From NCBI RefSeq assembly GCF_009914755.1, contig NC_060932.1: a stretch of DNA of 64,000 bases; one strand, written 5' to 3'. Of the stretch, positions 47,088 through 60,178 are shown one piece after another (position 1 is the first letter of the stretch; each line of letters begins with the position of its first letter). Origin of the DNA: the human T2T-CHM13v2.0 reference genome, Homo sapiens. A program made the position numbers and the translations under genes. The notes under the pieces are model-generated. The model was not told the DNA's origin. It ran no database searches and saw only the letters and a list, made by a program, of their open reading frames with translations.

Positions 47088-48361
47088 ACTTCCTATCAAT
47101 TCTAGCAACAGAAGCATCTTCTTTTGCTTCCATCTACTTCAAATGTCATCTACTTGTTTCTACTTTCTATTACCAGCCAAGCCCAGGCCACTATTATTTG
47201 TCACTTAGCCTTTCCATTGACTTTGCTGTTTCTAGGCTTGTCATAATCCAATTTATTCTCTGTCCTTCAAATAGCTAGGGTGATCTTTTCAGAGGGCAAA
47301 TTTGATTTTGACACTGCTCTGTTGGAAATCCTTCCATAGCATCCCATTGACCTCAAGATAAAATTCAAGTTCTTTATTGTCACCTAGGAAAGTGTGCCAG
47401 ATTTGGTTCCTGCTACGTTTTCCCCTTCAGATGAGGAATTCCACATTTCCTTTCTTTCTTTTGTTGTATCCAGCTACACTGGCTTTTTCTTCGGTCTTAG
47501 GTGAGCAATGCTCCAAATCCCAAAGTAGCTCCTGTTGCTGGTGAATAGTGCAAGCTCCTTATTATATAGCCCACTGTCTTTCACCAGGGAGGTCACAGAG
47601 CTCCCACTGCATTCCACCAGGGACCCCCACACTCTAGGAAGATAGCAAATCATAGAGGGAACAGCTCAAAGGCAGACAGGCCTGGGTTTAAATGCCCACA
47701 TAAATGAAAAACAATAATATAAATAAGGAGACTAAAACATACTCACTATTATTTATTATTTGTATAGGGACTATACTAATTGGTTTTCATTTATTGTCTG
47801 TTTTTGGCCAAAAAACTGCTGTATCTTATATTTATTGCTATTTGATACATAGAGAATGAATATGCAAAGAGGATAAGTATCTTGGCCATCCAGTGAAATA
47901 GGCAAAGGGAGGGTTTAAATCTTTCAAGTAGCCAAGGTCTGTGACAGATTCTAGTGACAAGATTCTAGTGACAGAACTTAACTTCTGTCATATATAGAAC
48001 ATTTCTAGGATATAACAAAGTATTTAGCCTGCTGCTTAGCGAACACTAAATTTTTACTATAAATAATTGTCCTTTCTGGAAGGAGCCAACCCTGTTTCTT
48101 CTCTGCCGGACCACATCCTTTTCATGCTTCAGTGTTTACACAGCTTTTCTCTATCCCTGCTGTCACACCAATCATCCTCTGACTGACTCTACCATTAATT
48201 TGGCCTTTGTTTGGTTTTGTTTTTCATTCACCATGTAGGATCACAAACTCCTGGAGAGCGCTGGCTGCTTTTTTATGTTTTTCTGGCATCTCTCTCTGGA
48301 CCTTGCATGGTGCAAAGCAATTGCAGACCACTCAATTCAGTGCCGGTTGAATGAATGTGTT

Positions 48362-48434
48362 AAGCCTCATAAGGATCAATCTTCTGACCTTGAACTCATT
48401 AGTACTGCACTCTAAACAGCTGAGCTAATGAGTT
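48362..48434 (-). pseudogene. tRNA-Ile(AAT)-derived pseudogene
   Basis: Reverse complement TTAGCTCAGCTGTTTAGAGTGCAGTACTAATGAGTTCAAGGTCAGAAGATTGATCC aligns with tRNA-Ile TTAGCTCAGTTGGTTAGAGCGTGGTGCTAATAACGCCAAGGTCGCGGGTTCGATCC; B box degenerate. Confidence 0.7.
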
Positions 48435-48499
48435 AGACTAAACAGTTAATTTTTTTTAAAATAAAGAAATGCTTTGTGAGCCCCATTTATTGAATAGCC

Positions 48500-48716
48500 C
48501 TATGTCTCTTAACTAGGGGATATTTTTCCACCAGGAGACATTTGGTCCTGTCTGGAGAAATTTTCGGTTGTCACAGAGCGGGTGGAGTTGGTACTAGCAA
48601 TTTGTGTGTACAGGTCAGAGATGTTGCTAAACATCCTGCAATGCACGGGACAGCCCCATCAACAGAAAAGATTATCCAGACCACCATGTCCATACCACCG
48701 AGGTTGAGAAGCCCTG
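48500..48716. mobile_element. MER20
   Basis: gacatttgg...tgtctggagaaattttcggttgtcaca...gatgttgctaaacatcctgcaatgcacgggacagcccc...gaggttgagaagccctg. Confidence 0.88.
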
Positions 48717-50264
48717 GGTTAGACTAGGTTATATCAATAGATTGTAAAGCTCAAATAGATTTTATCAGTTTATAAATATGTAGTATGAATCTATGTTGCA
48801 GCTTACTTAGATTGCATATAAACGTATGAACAATAGCATAAAACCTGTATCTGCTAAATATTTTTTGAATCAAATTTTCAAAAACTACTAGAAAAGCTCA
48901 TGTGTAAACTTCATTAATTCAGAACTTGAGGGAAAGCTACTTCTTACAGTGTGATTTGTATTACATAGGCACCCAGTTTTATGTTTTGGCATAATATAAC
49001 AATAATTCAATGTGTCAACTTACAGACTAATGCTCAGAAGATTTTAAAAATAGTTTTCATAAATTGATAAGAATCATCTGTTACTTACATGTTTTTGTAG
49101 TCAAAGGATTGATGATAAAGTTTTTAAAAATATTTTGAAACTTATTATAATTTTAATACCTCACTCTCTTTTACCTTTATAATTTCAAATAAGAATTGCA
49201 ACTCACGTATCAAAGAGCATAAATTCCAAGTTAGTGGTATTTAAATTAATATATTATTTCATGATAACATTATGATCACATAATTTTTATATTGAAGTAT
49301 AGTGCAAATGAAACCCACACACACATACACACACAAACAGAACAGCTGATGTTTGGATAGAGGCTAGAAACAGGGTCATGAAGATGGAACACTGGCTGTA
49401 AGAAAAGAATAGGATTACAAACAGGGATTCTTTTTTTGAGACATTGAACTCGTGTACCTGCAATGAAAGAATTTTTATATGTTATCCTAATATCTAAATT
49501 TTAAAATAAAAGTCAAAATAAATAAAGTTTCTCAAAACCAGAAAGATCATTTTTCATGTTAAAGAAAAGCATGCCTTTCCTGGGTCATTTGCACAAAGAT
49601 TCCAAGAGGGAATTGGAAACTCTAAGCGAGGCATCAGAAACATTTTCACATTCAGCCTTTCTCTTAAGCCATGTAGCTCCTAAGAGTTTGTAGGAAATTT
49701 GTCTAAATTTCCATCCCGAAGGTTGGAGAAAGTTGTGAAACCTCTGCCAAAGATGAGAAGACTGTTATAAAAGAGACATCTGTAAAATGATGAGGTATAA
49801 CCAAGAATTGCTCCAATTCTGAATCCCTGAAGACCAGGGATACTTTGATGAAATTAAAATGATAACACTTTCGGGCAAGCAAGACAAAAACGGATTTTAC
49901 ATTCTTCTTAGAGAACCTACTATAGACAGATACAATTGTGGCAGTTTGGATCAAAAATGGAATTAAACACATACGTGCATATTACCAGCAAAGTTAACTC
50001 GAATGAAGCCAATATTTCCATGGTTAAGTAGGTCATCCCTCTGATTACGGCAAGAAGGCTGTGATTAAAAAAGAACAACTGATTTGTCAGGCTTGATCGC
50101 TGATGACTCATTGCTAAAAGAATTCAACCATTTCAATTACCATATTTCTTTATAACATTACCTGAAATAACTGTGCCTTTTGAAAGTGAGACTAATTCTA
50201 ATGGTATCAATAGCACTTTTGCAATGTAAAAAAAAATTAGCAGATTATTATGAAAGGCACCCTC

Positions 50265-50440
50265 ATGCAGTGTGATGAGTACTGGAGTAAGAGTAGGGCT
50301 CAGACAACCTGTGTGCTGTTCAGCTCTGCCACTCACGAACTGTGTGGCCTTGGATGAGTCACGTGACTTTTATGAACATCAGTTTTCACATGTTAAGATG
50401 GGAATGATAATGCTTATTCCACTTTGAGTTTTGTTGATGG
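50265..50440 (+). mobile_element. MIR
   Basis: cagctctgccactcacgaactgtgtggccttgg...catcagttttcacatgttaagatgggaatgataat. Confidence 0.75.
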
Positions 50441-50484
50441 AGAAAATATTCAAATTCTAGGATCAGGAAAATAAAGAACTGTGG

Positions 50485-50863
50485 TGATATGGTTTGGATC
50501 TCTGTCCCCACCCAAATCTTGTGTTGAATTGTAATCCCCATTGTTGGAAGTGTGGCCTAGTGGGCGGTGTGGATCACGGGGCTGGTTTCTCGTGGTTTAA
50601 TACCATCCCCCTTGGCATTGTTGTGGCAATAGTGAGTGAGTTTTCTCGAGATCTAGTTGTGCAGCCCCTGCCCCCAACTTCCTCCTGCTCAGGCTGTGAG
50701 AGGTACTGCTCCTCCTTTCCCTTCTGCCATGATTGAACATTTCCTGAGGCCTCCCCATGCTTCCTGTACAGTCTGTGGAACGTGAGCCAATTAAACCTCT
50801 TTTCTTTATAAATTACCCAGTCTCAGGTGGTTCTTTATAGTAGTGCAAGAATGGACTAATACA
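50485..50863 (+). mobile_element. MSTA/B-like solo LTR
   Basis: TGATATGGTTTGGATC...GGACTAATACA termini. Confidence 0.9.
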
Positions 50864-52506
50864 GTTGGTGATGAAGCATTGACAGGAAGACTAAGACTAG
50901 CTTGATTCTGAAAATGACATGTATTTTCTTTGGAGGAGAGTGAATCCAAGCCGATTCTCACATCTGTATTCAACACAATTTCTAAACTTGAAGAGATACA
51001 CTGATATTATTGAGGGTATGGGGGCAAGATGTCCACTCTATGGAAGAGAATGCATACTAGACTTCAGTAGAGTACCTGATGGAGGAACTAAACTGTGAAC
51101 CACACGGGTAGTGTATGCCTACACTAGCTGCAGGCAGATCTTGAGTACAAGTTGCTACTAGTCACATGTGTATGTTACATACTTGGGTGGAGGAGAGAAA
51201 TGAAATGGGATTTACTTGGAAGATCTTATCTTTTATTATTTAATGACTATCCACCATTCTACAAAGATCTCCCATTATAGATCCCCTCCCATCATAAAAA
51301 TATTACCAATTATTATTGCCATTACATGTTGGTCACTATCCATATATAAACTTCCTTTCATATTGAAAACAATTTTGAAGTATGTAGTATTACTTGTGTT
51401 TTACACATGAGCAAACCTTTGTTCAGATAGGCAAACTGATTTGACCAGGTCCCCACAACTACTAAGTAAAGGAAGCAGACATCAGCCCTAGGTTTGCCTG
51501 AATCCAAATCTGAATTTTCCTGGCATTCTTTTCATTCTTTTCATTCCCTGTATAAAACTGGAGAAGCACTCCATGTCCAAGATGGACTCCAAGATTGGCA
51601 TTGTTTCTAATGATGAATGATGGGCAAGGTTGCCTTGTAACCCCAGCTTCTCAGAACACTAGCTTGGTGACCACCTGGCTGGAGTGATTTATTGAAATGT
51701 ATCAGTTCTTGTTTCGATGCACTTAAGTGCGTTGCCATTGTACCTTGGGGTAAACAGAATGGGGATGAAGAACGGCCACGGCAACCACCCATGGAGTTGT
51801 TTATGTCTTGAAGCTGCAGTGCATGGCCCCCAGAGGGCTCTTCATCCTGTTAAGGTTTGCTGCGGGTGGTAGAGGCTGGGGAGGGAGATGGAGGGATGAG
51901 CACTTACCTATCACCATGGAGACAGGGATGCTGATAAAGAGCAGGCATCCTGAGGAAGCAGCATCTGGAATAGCAGTATTGCATTTCTCAGAGGGCCCTG
52001 GTGAAGCCGACCTTTTTCAAAGGTTCCATAAATAATTTACAATCCATCTCCAAAATTAGTCCCCATGCTTTTTTCTTAGAACCTGCAATTCTTTTGGCAG
52101 TAACCAAATTCCAGCTCAAAACTTATTGTAATTCTTAAAACATTTTCACCTTAATAAGCCCTTTGGTTGAAATCAGATAATGATGCGTCTCATCTACCTT
52201 TAACAGCGGGAGTGGACATTTGGTGGATTTATGTTTGCATTTGAATTTCCTTTGAATACCAGTTTATGTTTCTTCGAATGAAAGCTTCCCCCAAAGAGCC
52301 TCTCTTTTCAGCTGTATTTAATTAAACTTTTAAGACTAAGCCTTCCCATCCACGTTGAAACCCAACCAAATTTTTCAGATAAAAAGTGAAGGAGAAAGTT
52401 AACTAGCATGAGTTGAAAAACTTATTTTAAAAATAGATTTTATTTATATGTTCCAACAAAAGGTAATACTTACTTTATACGGCCTTTTCAAGAATTAAGT
52501 TGTGAC

Positions 52507-52831
52507 GCAGATGTGGCAAACTCAAAAGTCTATAGGGGACAAGAAGATAGTATCATTGGTGACATGAGCTATGTGCCATGTAACAGGGCAGAGTGGGACC
52601 TGGAGGAAACTGCAGAGCATGTGTCTAACCTAACATAGGTATTTATTACTCAGCTTTGCCATTAAAAAAAGAAAAAGCAATCAGAAAGGCAAAAATGGCA
52701 AAAATACATGGTAAAATTCCCCCATTTTAAAATGATGACAACTAATTTTAAAATAATGGAACAGCTAGTGGTTAAAAAACATGCCAACATACAAAACAAA
52801 CATGTCATGCGCTTCCAGTTTGAGACCTCAG
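52507..52831. mobile_element. MER102-like hAT element
   Basis: gcagatgtggcaaactcaaaagtctatagggg...tactcagct...caactaattt...ccagtttgagacctc. Confidence 0.6.
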
Positions 52832-52899
52832 TTGATGTACATACCTTAAAACCTTAGCACAGTGCTGGCACCTAGTAAGCTGTCAGTAAAAATTAGCTA

Positions 52900-53070
52900 T
52901 TCATATATCTATATGAATATATAGTATATAATAAAGTAAAAAATATATAATATATAATAAAGTAATATATAATAAAATATATAAATAATAAAATATGCAA
53001 TAAAAATTATATATAATTATATATAAGATTCATATATATGAATATATATATAAGTATTCATATATATTTT
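52900..53070. repeat. AT-rich low-complexity tract
   Basis: Nearly pure A/T with tattcatatat / atatgaatat inversions. Confidence 0.85.
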
Positions 53071-53739
53071 TGTACTTGAGTTACTGAGAGTTTTGTACTT
53101 TTTTCCTCATTTATGGAGGGGAAACTAAGGCTCAAAGAGCTGAGCTGGTATGTGACCTACGTGTTTCTGATCTTGAGTCTCAGCTACCCAGCAGTGTCTG
53201 GTAAGAGTGTCATTAACAGCTTATGCTTTTTTAATGCTGACCTGAATTCCATAATTTTTTTAAACAAAACATTACTTTTGCTGCTTTTACCACTCTTGTA
53301 TTGCATGTCTGTCTTAAATTCAGAGAATTAATAGGCAGAAGCTAATAAGACACAGAAGTGTCTTATTTATTTATTATTAAAGGAAAAAGGCTCATATATG
53401 GAAATCTCAATTTAAAAAAAGAAAGACCTAGAGGGGTATTCTGGATTTACTCTTTTTAGGCCGAACTGCTTGCACTGTGACAGTTGCAGGATCTGAATTC
53501 ACAGTTGTAACACGTTTTTCTTATCTTCAGAGAAAATAAGTCTCAAAAGACTCTTTGTGGCCTCAGTCTAAATTCTGGGTTCCCTAATGCTTTTTTACTT
53601 TAAGGATAAAAAGATTTCAAACAGACAAAAGCTTCCTCCGTTCTTGGTATTGCTTACAAAGCAACAACCATGAAGGTAATATTTCATGTTTTTGCATCTT
53701 TATTTTTGAGGTCCAAATATGTCCATATTCTATTAAGGA

Positions 53740-53939
53740 GAACCAAGGAGCAAAATCAAGGTCAGCGAGATGTGAGTTAATGACCCAGGAAGTAGAACAA
53801 GGTCAGTGAATGCAGATAAGTTATTGATCTAGGAAGTTGAAGTAGGTCAGTAAAATAAAATTAGAACTATGACCCAGGAAGTGGAAGGTGGTCAGTGAGT
53901 GAAACACGAGCTTGTGACCTAGAAAATAGAATCAGGTCA
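53740..53939. repeat. Degenerate ~45-bp-period array, five 25-bp TGACC-N15-GGTCA units
   Basis: Units start at 53740 (degenerate), 53781, 53825, 53870 and 53915. Confidence 0.85.
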
Positions 53940-54069
53940 ACAAAAGCAAGACAGTGTCTTAGTTAGAGAGTAGCTGTTGGAAGTCAAGAATAATGTTTTC
54001 TTTATTTCTGTGTCTTTATGCCAAACAAAGGCTGGTAACATCAGGAGATTATTTGAAGGAAAAAGAATA

Positions 54070-54375
54070 ATTTCTTTTCTTAAGGCAGAGTCTCACTCTA
54101 CTGTTTAGGCTGGAGTATAGTGATGAGTGATGTGATCATTGCTCACTGCAACCTCGAACTCCTGGGCTCAAGGGATCCTTGTGCCTCAGCCTCCTGAGTA
54201 GCTGGAACTACAGGTGCTTGTCACCATACCCAGCTAATTTATTTTATTTTTTTGTAGAGATGGGGTCTCACTATGTTACCCGTTACCCAGGCTGGTTTTG
54301 AGAGTCTCGAATGACCCTCCTGCCTTGGCTTCCCAAAATTTTGGGATTACAGATATGAGCCACCACGCCCAGCCA
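54070..54375 (-). mobile_element. AluJ
   Basis: cctcgaactcctgggctcaagggatcc and tgtagagatggggtctcactatgtt J diagnostics. Confidence 0.9.
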
Positions 54376-54409
54376 TATGATTCCTTTTAAATTAAACTTT
54401 GTAGGTTCT

Positions 54410-54600
54410 CTGCCTCTTTGCAGTTGTCAAGCTTTGGGGATTTCCTTAACCTCTTTCTGCCTCAGTTTCTTCATTTGTACAATCAAGATAATAATATGGC
54501 ATACCTCACAGGTTGTTGTGAGAATTAAATGATGTATGTGAATGCTTAGAACGGTGCCCGATAAGTATTCAATAAGTACTTATTTTTATTATCATTATTA
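54410..54600 (+). mobile_element. MIR
   Basis: cttaacctctttctgcctcagtttcttcatttgta...cctcacaggttgttgtgagaattaaatga. Confidence 0.85.
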
Positions 54601-56840
54601 GTATAATCATTATTACCATTATTATTCTCTTTTAAATATTTCAAATTGCCTTTCTCTTTCTTAATGAGCATATTCTGTCACCTACTGGTGTGTTTCTCAA
54701 TTATCTACTGGCTTCTTTATTGCATAGAACCATCCACTAGTTATTAATTAATAGACAGCAAGGGGGTTCTTCGTGAGACAGGCTCTCTCCTGCTGTGAAA
54801 TACTATCGAAATCACATCTGCTAATTCAGTAGCACCGAGACCCAAATTCCCAGGGCATTCTCCCAGAGTAAATCTATGATAAATAAATTGATAACAAATG
54901 AGTTGTTTATTTCCCAGTAAAAGGAACATGGGAGAGTAAGGGATATTGGTTTTGTTTTATAAAACAGATTGTCATGCAAAGGATAGCTTTAAATCAGAGA
55001 TTGTGGGTTTGATACACATAATGCCCGAGGGAAAGAGAAATCTCAGCCTGCTTTCCTTAGCATCACTTGACAGTTGAGTGGAAATTTCCTCTCTATTGTA
55101 TGGACATAAGTATGATGAAAATCATGTCTACTTGGCTTGAGGTTCTTATAAAGATGAATTTGGGTAGGAGCTATGTATTAATAAAAAGCACAATGGATTT
55201 CTTCCCTCCATCTCCATAGAGGTCTGCTTTTGTGACCAATATCTTTTTTTGTTGTTTCCTTCTTGCTTTTTATTGCTCATTGATGTGCATTTCAACAAAA
55301 TCTGTATTGCTTTATTACAAGGTGAGATTTTAAGTCCCTGGCAAAGCGGAAGTCTATATAATATAATGTATATGTCTAGCTTTGATAGCCTGGTTTCCAC
55401 TGATTTGCTGACTACTTAAACTACTATACGGTTATCAAAGCAGGGCCACTACACACAGTGCATCCCTAGCCCCTGCCCCAAATTTCTACTTTCATAAAAA
55501 ATGGTTTGGGGAATGCCATTTCAGCAGAATAATAACCATTCTTTCTGTGTGTATGGTGCTCTACAGTTTCAAAAGCTCTTTCCCACACAGTTTGTCATTT
55601 GATTTTCATAATAAACCTGTGAGTCCAGCAGAGCATTATCATTTCTATTTCATATATAAGGCAAATAAACCTGAAAGAATATAGTCAATTCATAGAAGGT
55701 CACAAAGTGACAGTGTGGGGATTTGAACTCAAGAATACATGACTCCAGGGTCCTTGCTTTGTCCTCTATTCTCAGGCAGAGAGAAGTGATTTCTCAAAAA
55801 CCAGTCCATTCATTAGAGTGCCTCTTTTTCTAAAAGGATCTGTATACTGAAAGCATGCTTAGAGGCACAATCTGAGCCATGAAATGCAGTATTTTTTATC
55901 CAGAGTGCCTCTGATCTTGTTCTGGTCCTTTACCTTTTTAAAACTGTTATGGAAAAAAACGCAAAAAAGTGTGGATTCTTTCTGGGTTCAAGTTTGTTAG
56001 GAGAGAAAATCATCCAGAGGTCACTGATGTTGCTGGTCACTGGTGAGGTGGAATAAAGGGGTGAGGAGTTAGACCTGGGTTTGGGTACTGGAACCACCTG
56101 TTTCTAGTTGTAGTATCATAAGAAATCTCTGTAAGCCTCAAAGTATTTATCTGGTAAATGGGCACAATAACAATATGTGCCTTATATAGCTGGCATGAAG
56201 ATTAAAAACTTATTTTCTATAAACTGCTTAGTAAAGAACATTGTTTCACAACCACTTAAATAAATTATAGTTACGGTTACTATTATGCCAATCTTGTCAT
56301 TGCTATTTGAATGGTATAATACAGCGAAATAATCCTACTGGAAATGCCTCAAGCACATTTTGCCTTTGGGGGTCTTACAAATCTTTGGTTCTTCAGACAT
56401 AAAAATGATGAGTAAAGAGAAGGATACATGATGAGTGTTTGCTTTCATGCCCTCTATGCCCCATCTGTCCTTGTACAAAAACTGATCATAACAGTTACCA
56501 CATTCCTTTCAATAAATTCAGTGTATTTCAACACATGTTATCTGAGAGCCAACCGCGTGTCAGTCACTGAGGGGAGAGATGGAGAGGACATGGGTTTCAG
56601 CTTCAAGAAATTAATGGTTGAAGGGGGACAATGAAAAACAGATGTCTTAGAACTGTGCTTCATGTACAATTATGTCTGTATGCCCAGAATAATATGAAAA
56701 CTATTTAGGGTCATTATGACATACCAGGGGCTTAGAAGACAGTGAGAGGAATCTTTAAAGCACTTTGACATTAACAAAGTATAAACAAAAAGTCAACAAG
56801 AGGTGAAAGATAACTCTGAAGTGGATTTCTGAAGTTAGGT

Positions 56841-57202
56841 TGCCTTAGTCAGTTCCTGCTGCTGTAACAAAATGCCTGAGACCGGGTGATTTATTAGGAC
56901 AGAAGTATATTCCTTACAGTTCTAGAGGTTGGACAGTCAAAGTACCAGCAGAACCGACATCTGGTGAGGGTTGCTCCCTGCTTCCAAGATAGTGCCATGT
57001 TACTGTATCCTCACATGGCAGAAGGGCACAAAGGCCGAGGTAGTTTCCTCTAGCCCTTTTATAAGGGCACTCATCCCACCCATAAAAGCTTTGCCCTCAT
57101 GACTTTATCACCACCTGAAGGCCTCACCTCTTAATACTATCACATTGGAGTTTAAGTTTTAACATATGAATTTTGAAGGACAAATGCATTTAAACCATAG
57201 CA
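56841..57202 (-). mobile_element. MaLR solo LTR (MLT1A/MSTD-like)
   Basis: TGCCTTAGTCAGTTCCTGCTGCTGTAACAAAAT...AAACCATAGCA; flanks taggt / caggt. Confidence 0.88.
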
Positions 57203-57956
57203 CAGGTCATGAGATGCTATTGATAAGATGTGGGCATTATCTTATAGGTTAGAGGTCATAAAGGCACAGAACATGGGCCACATGCAGCTCATACAGATTT
57301 TGATTGATCTCCAAGATCTTTTAAAAATGCATTCACATAAATATGAAAGCCTACTTCACTTAAAAATCTCAATGACCATCATCTGGAGAAATCACTCAAC
57401 CCACATTTCAACACAATATCAATTAACTGGAACTAAAGTATGGCTACCTACAAAATACCAGGCACGCTAAGATTTGCCACAGTTTCTATCAGCCCTTTTA
57501 ATTACACTTGGCCTACTGCACTCATTTTTACTATGTATTTGATACCCACAGATGTATGAGACTGCCTAATACTTCCTCCATCGTCCAGTGCTTAACACGC
57601 ATATAAAACTACACCTATCAGAAAATTTAATGTCGATCTCTTTACTGCAATGAATACTGCTTTGCAAAGAGCCAACAAACTGCTCCACTCCCCAAACACC
57701 AATGTTCTCATCAAATCATCTCTATCTGAATGCAGCAGATTAGAATAAGGCTGATAGGCAGGTTACAGCAAATTAATGGCAGTAATGTTGGTACTACTTC
57801 TTACTGCTGCTGATAATAGCTAACATTTATTTAAGTCAACACTATGCTAATAAATTTACATTGATTATCTCAATTAATGGTCCTACAAAAGCAGTTATAT
57901 TATTACCCCCATTGTACTGATGAGGAATATGGGGCTTAGAAGTTAATAAAATTGTC

Positions 57957-58260
<304 letters not shown>

Positions 58261-60178
58261 TTGTCAAGGTTGGAGTATCTTAAACACACACACAAACACT
58301 CTGTAGTGCTGCATACTAGAGGGAAAATCCTCCCAGGTGGTACTATGAGTAGGAGGGGAAAGGCAGAAACAGGAAGAACTGTGATAGAGTACATATACTG
58401 GGGCTTATGATGTTTGCTGTTTTATATCTTCAAAGAAAATAACATTTTAGCCCAGTTCAAACCTATTCAATGACAGCTGCTTGATAATTGGTCTAAGAGT
58501 TGTACAAATAAACCTGCCACTCAGCTATAGACCTGTCTATAGCTGACCACTGTAGCTGACAGAACCTATTAATAGTGATCTATAAACTCTGTCAATAAGT
58601 CTGAAAGAACTTCTAACAAAAAAAACCCAGAAAGACCAATTTGAATAAATCGGGGGACAAATTTTTAGATAAAAGAAAGGGAACATTATCCTGAAAACTC
58701 AGAAGAATAAAAACCTTATGGATATTTGAGAAAACAGCCTGGTATTTTCAGCAAGATGTGAGAAAATCTTGCCTCTCTGAAACAAAGGCAGAGTCCCATA
58801 AGGAAGAACTGGTTAGCAGAAAAGATAGTAGGATGAGATGAAAATATGCAAATTAGTGAAGTAAAAGATGGCTAAGAAACGGAAAACACTGCAATAGCAC
58901 AATTAAAATAATTGCCCAAAATAGAAAAAATAGGAGGAAAAGTCAGAAATTCTGCTTCCTGAATGGCAGACTATGAAATTCAGACTAACCTTCTGTTGAA
59001 AAAAATATTTTAAAAAATGGGCAAAATGTTTAAAACCAAAAGTATTTGCACATTTATTTGAATGAATTTTAGGGCCAATAAGGAGATAAAGAATTAAACA
59101 GCCAACATTAAATAATATAACAAAATCTTGAGAGATAGTTTTGGCCTTTAGAGCCATTTTTCTTTCTAAAATCCTCCCAGTTTGTCAAAAGGCAGATTAG
59201 GGGTAGGGAAGCTGAAATGAGATTTCAACAGCCTCATGGGTTTGTAGAGGAAACAAACAAACAAACAAAAAATGTGATTTCAGTACTTGTTAATGATGTG
59301 TAGTACTCCATTCAGGTCTTAGAATATGACCATACAGGCTACATCCTATGAATAAAGGTCAACAGATCAACCTGCAAAGGGATTGAAGCCGAGTTTTGAG
59401 TTATTTAATAACTGATACTAGATTAAATTATTTCTGAGTTGATCCTCTAGGTTTATGCCTTCTCTAGAAGAAAGTAAATCTCCTAAGGCTGAATTTTTGA
59501 ATATATTTTTATTTAGACAATTCAGTGCTCAATAGAAAATTAACAGGATTTTATGGAGTAAAATCACATGATATAAAATCAAGAGAAAAAATGAACAACA
59601 AAAATGGATGCAGAGGTGACAAATATAATAAAGCTGTCAGACATAGATAAAACAAATAAACAACTCTGTTAAATATGTTTAAGAATGTAAATATAGGATT
59701 GATAATTTTGACAGGGACTTGAAAACTATAAAAAGAAACCAAATCAAAATTGTAGACATGAAAATATATAGTAACTATAAATAACTTAATGTGTTATGTG
59801 TTAAAGAGTTAAAGAGCAGATTAGACGAAGCCAGAGTAGAATTAGTTAACTAGAGGATAACCCCCAAAGTTATATTATATTTTATTATATCCAAAATAAA
59901 GCATGTAAAGACAAAAGAATGAAAAATCCAGAAAAATGTGTAGCATACATAGAGAAGCTAGCAAAAAAGTCTTAAATGCACATATAATTGGAGACCCAGA
60001 AGGAAAGAAGAGGGAGGGGAAGGGCCAAAAAACAATAAGAATTTTCTTAAAATGACAAAATAAATTACAGATTCAGGAAATGTCTAAATCTCATGCAAGA
60101 TTAATATAAAGCAAACCACACCTAGGACCATGATAACATGACTGCTAAAAACTAAGGGCAAAAATTAAAATCTTAAAA

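Noticed and set aside
47941-47975. Short tandem duplications (also ~19710, ~38800, ~40056)
   Set aside because: Ordinary slippage micro-duplications.
49703-50111. Protein-like ORFs in unique sequence
   Set aside because: No recognisable family, stops in the plausible frames and no clear splice sites.
53740-53939. CRISPR-like repeat-spacer array
   Set aside because: Primate DNA, no cas genes, degenerate repeats and spacers of only 16-20 nt. Kept as an unexplained array instead.
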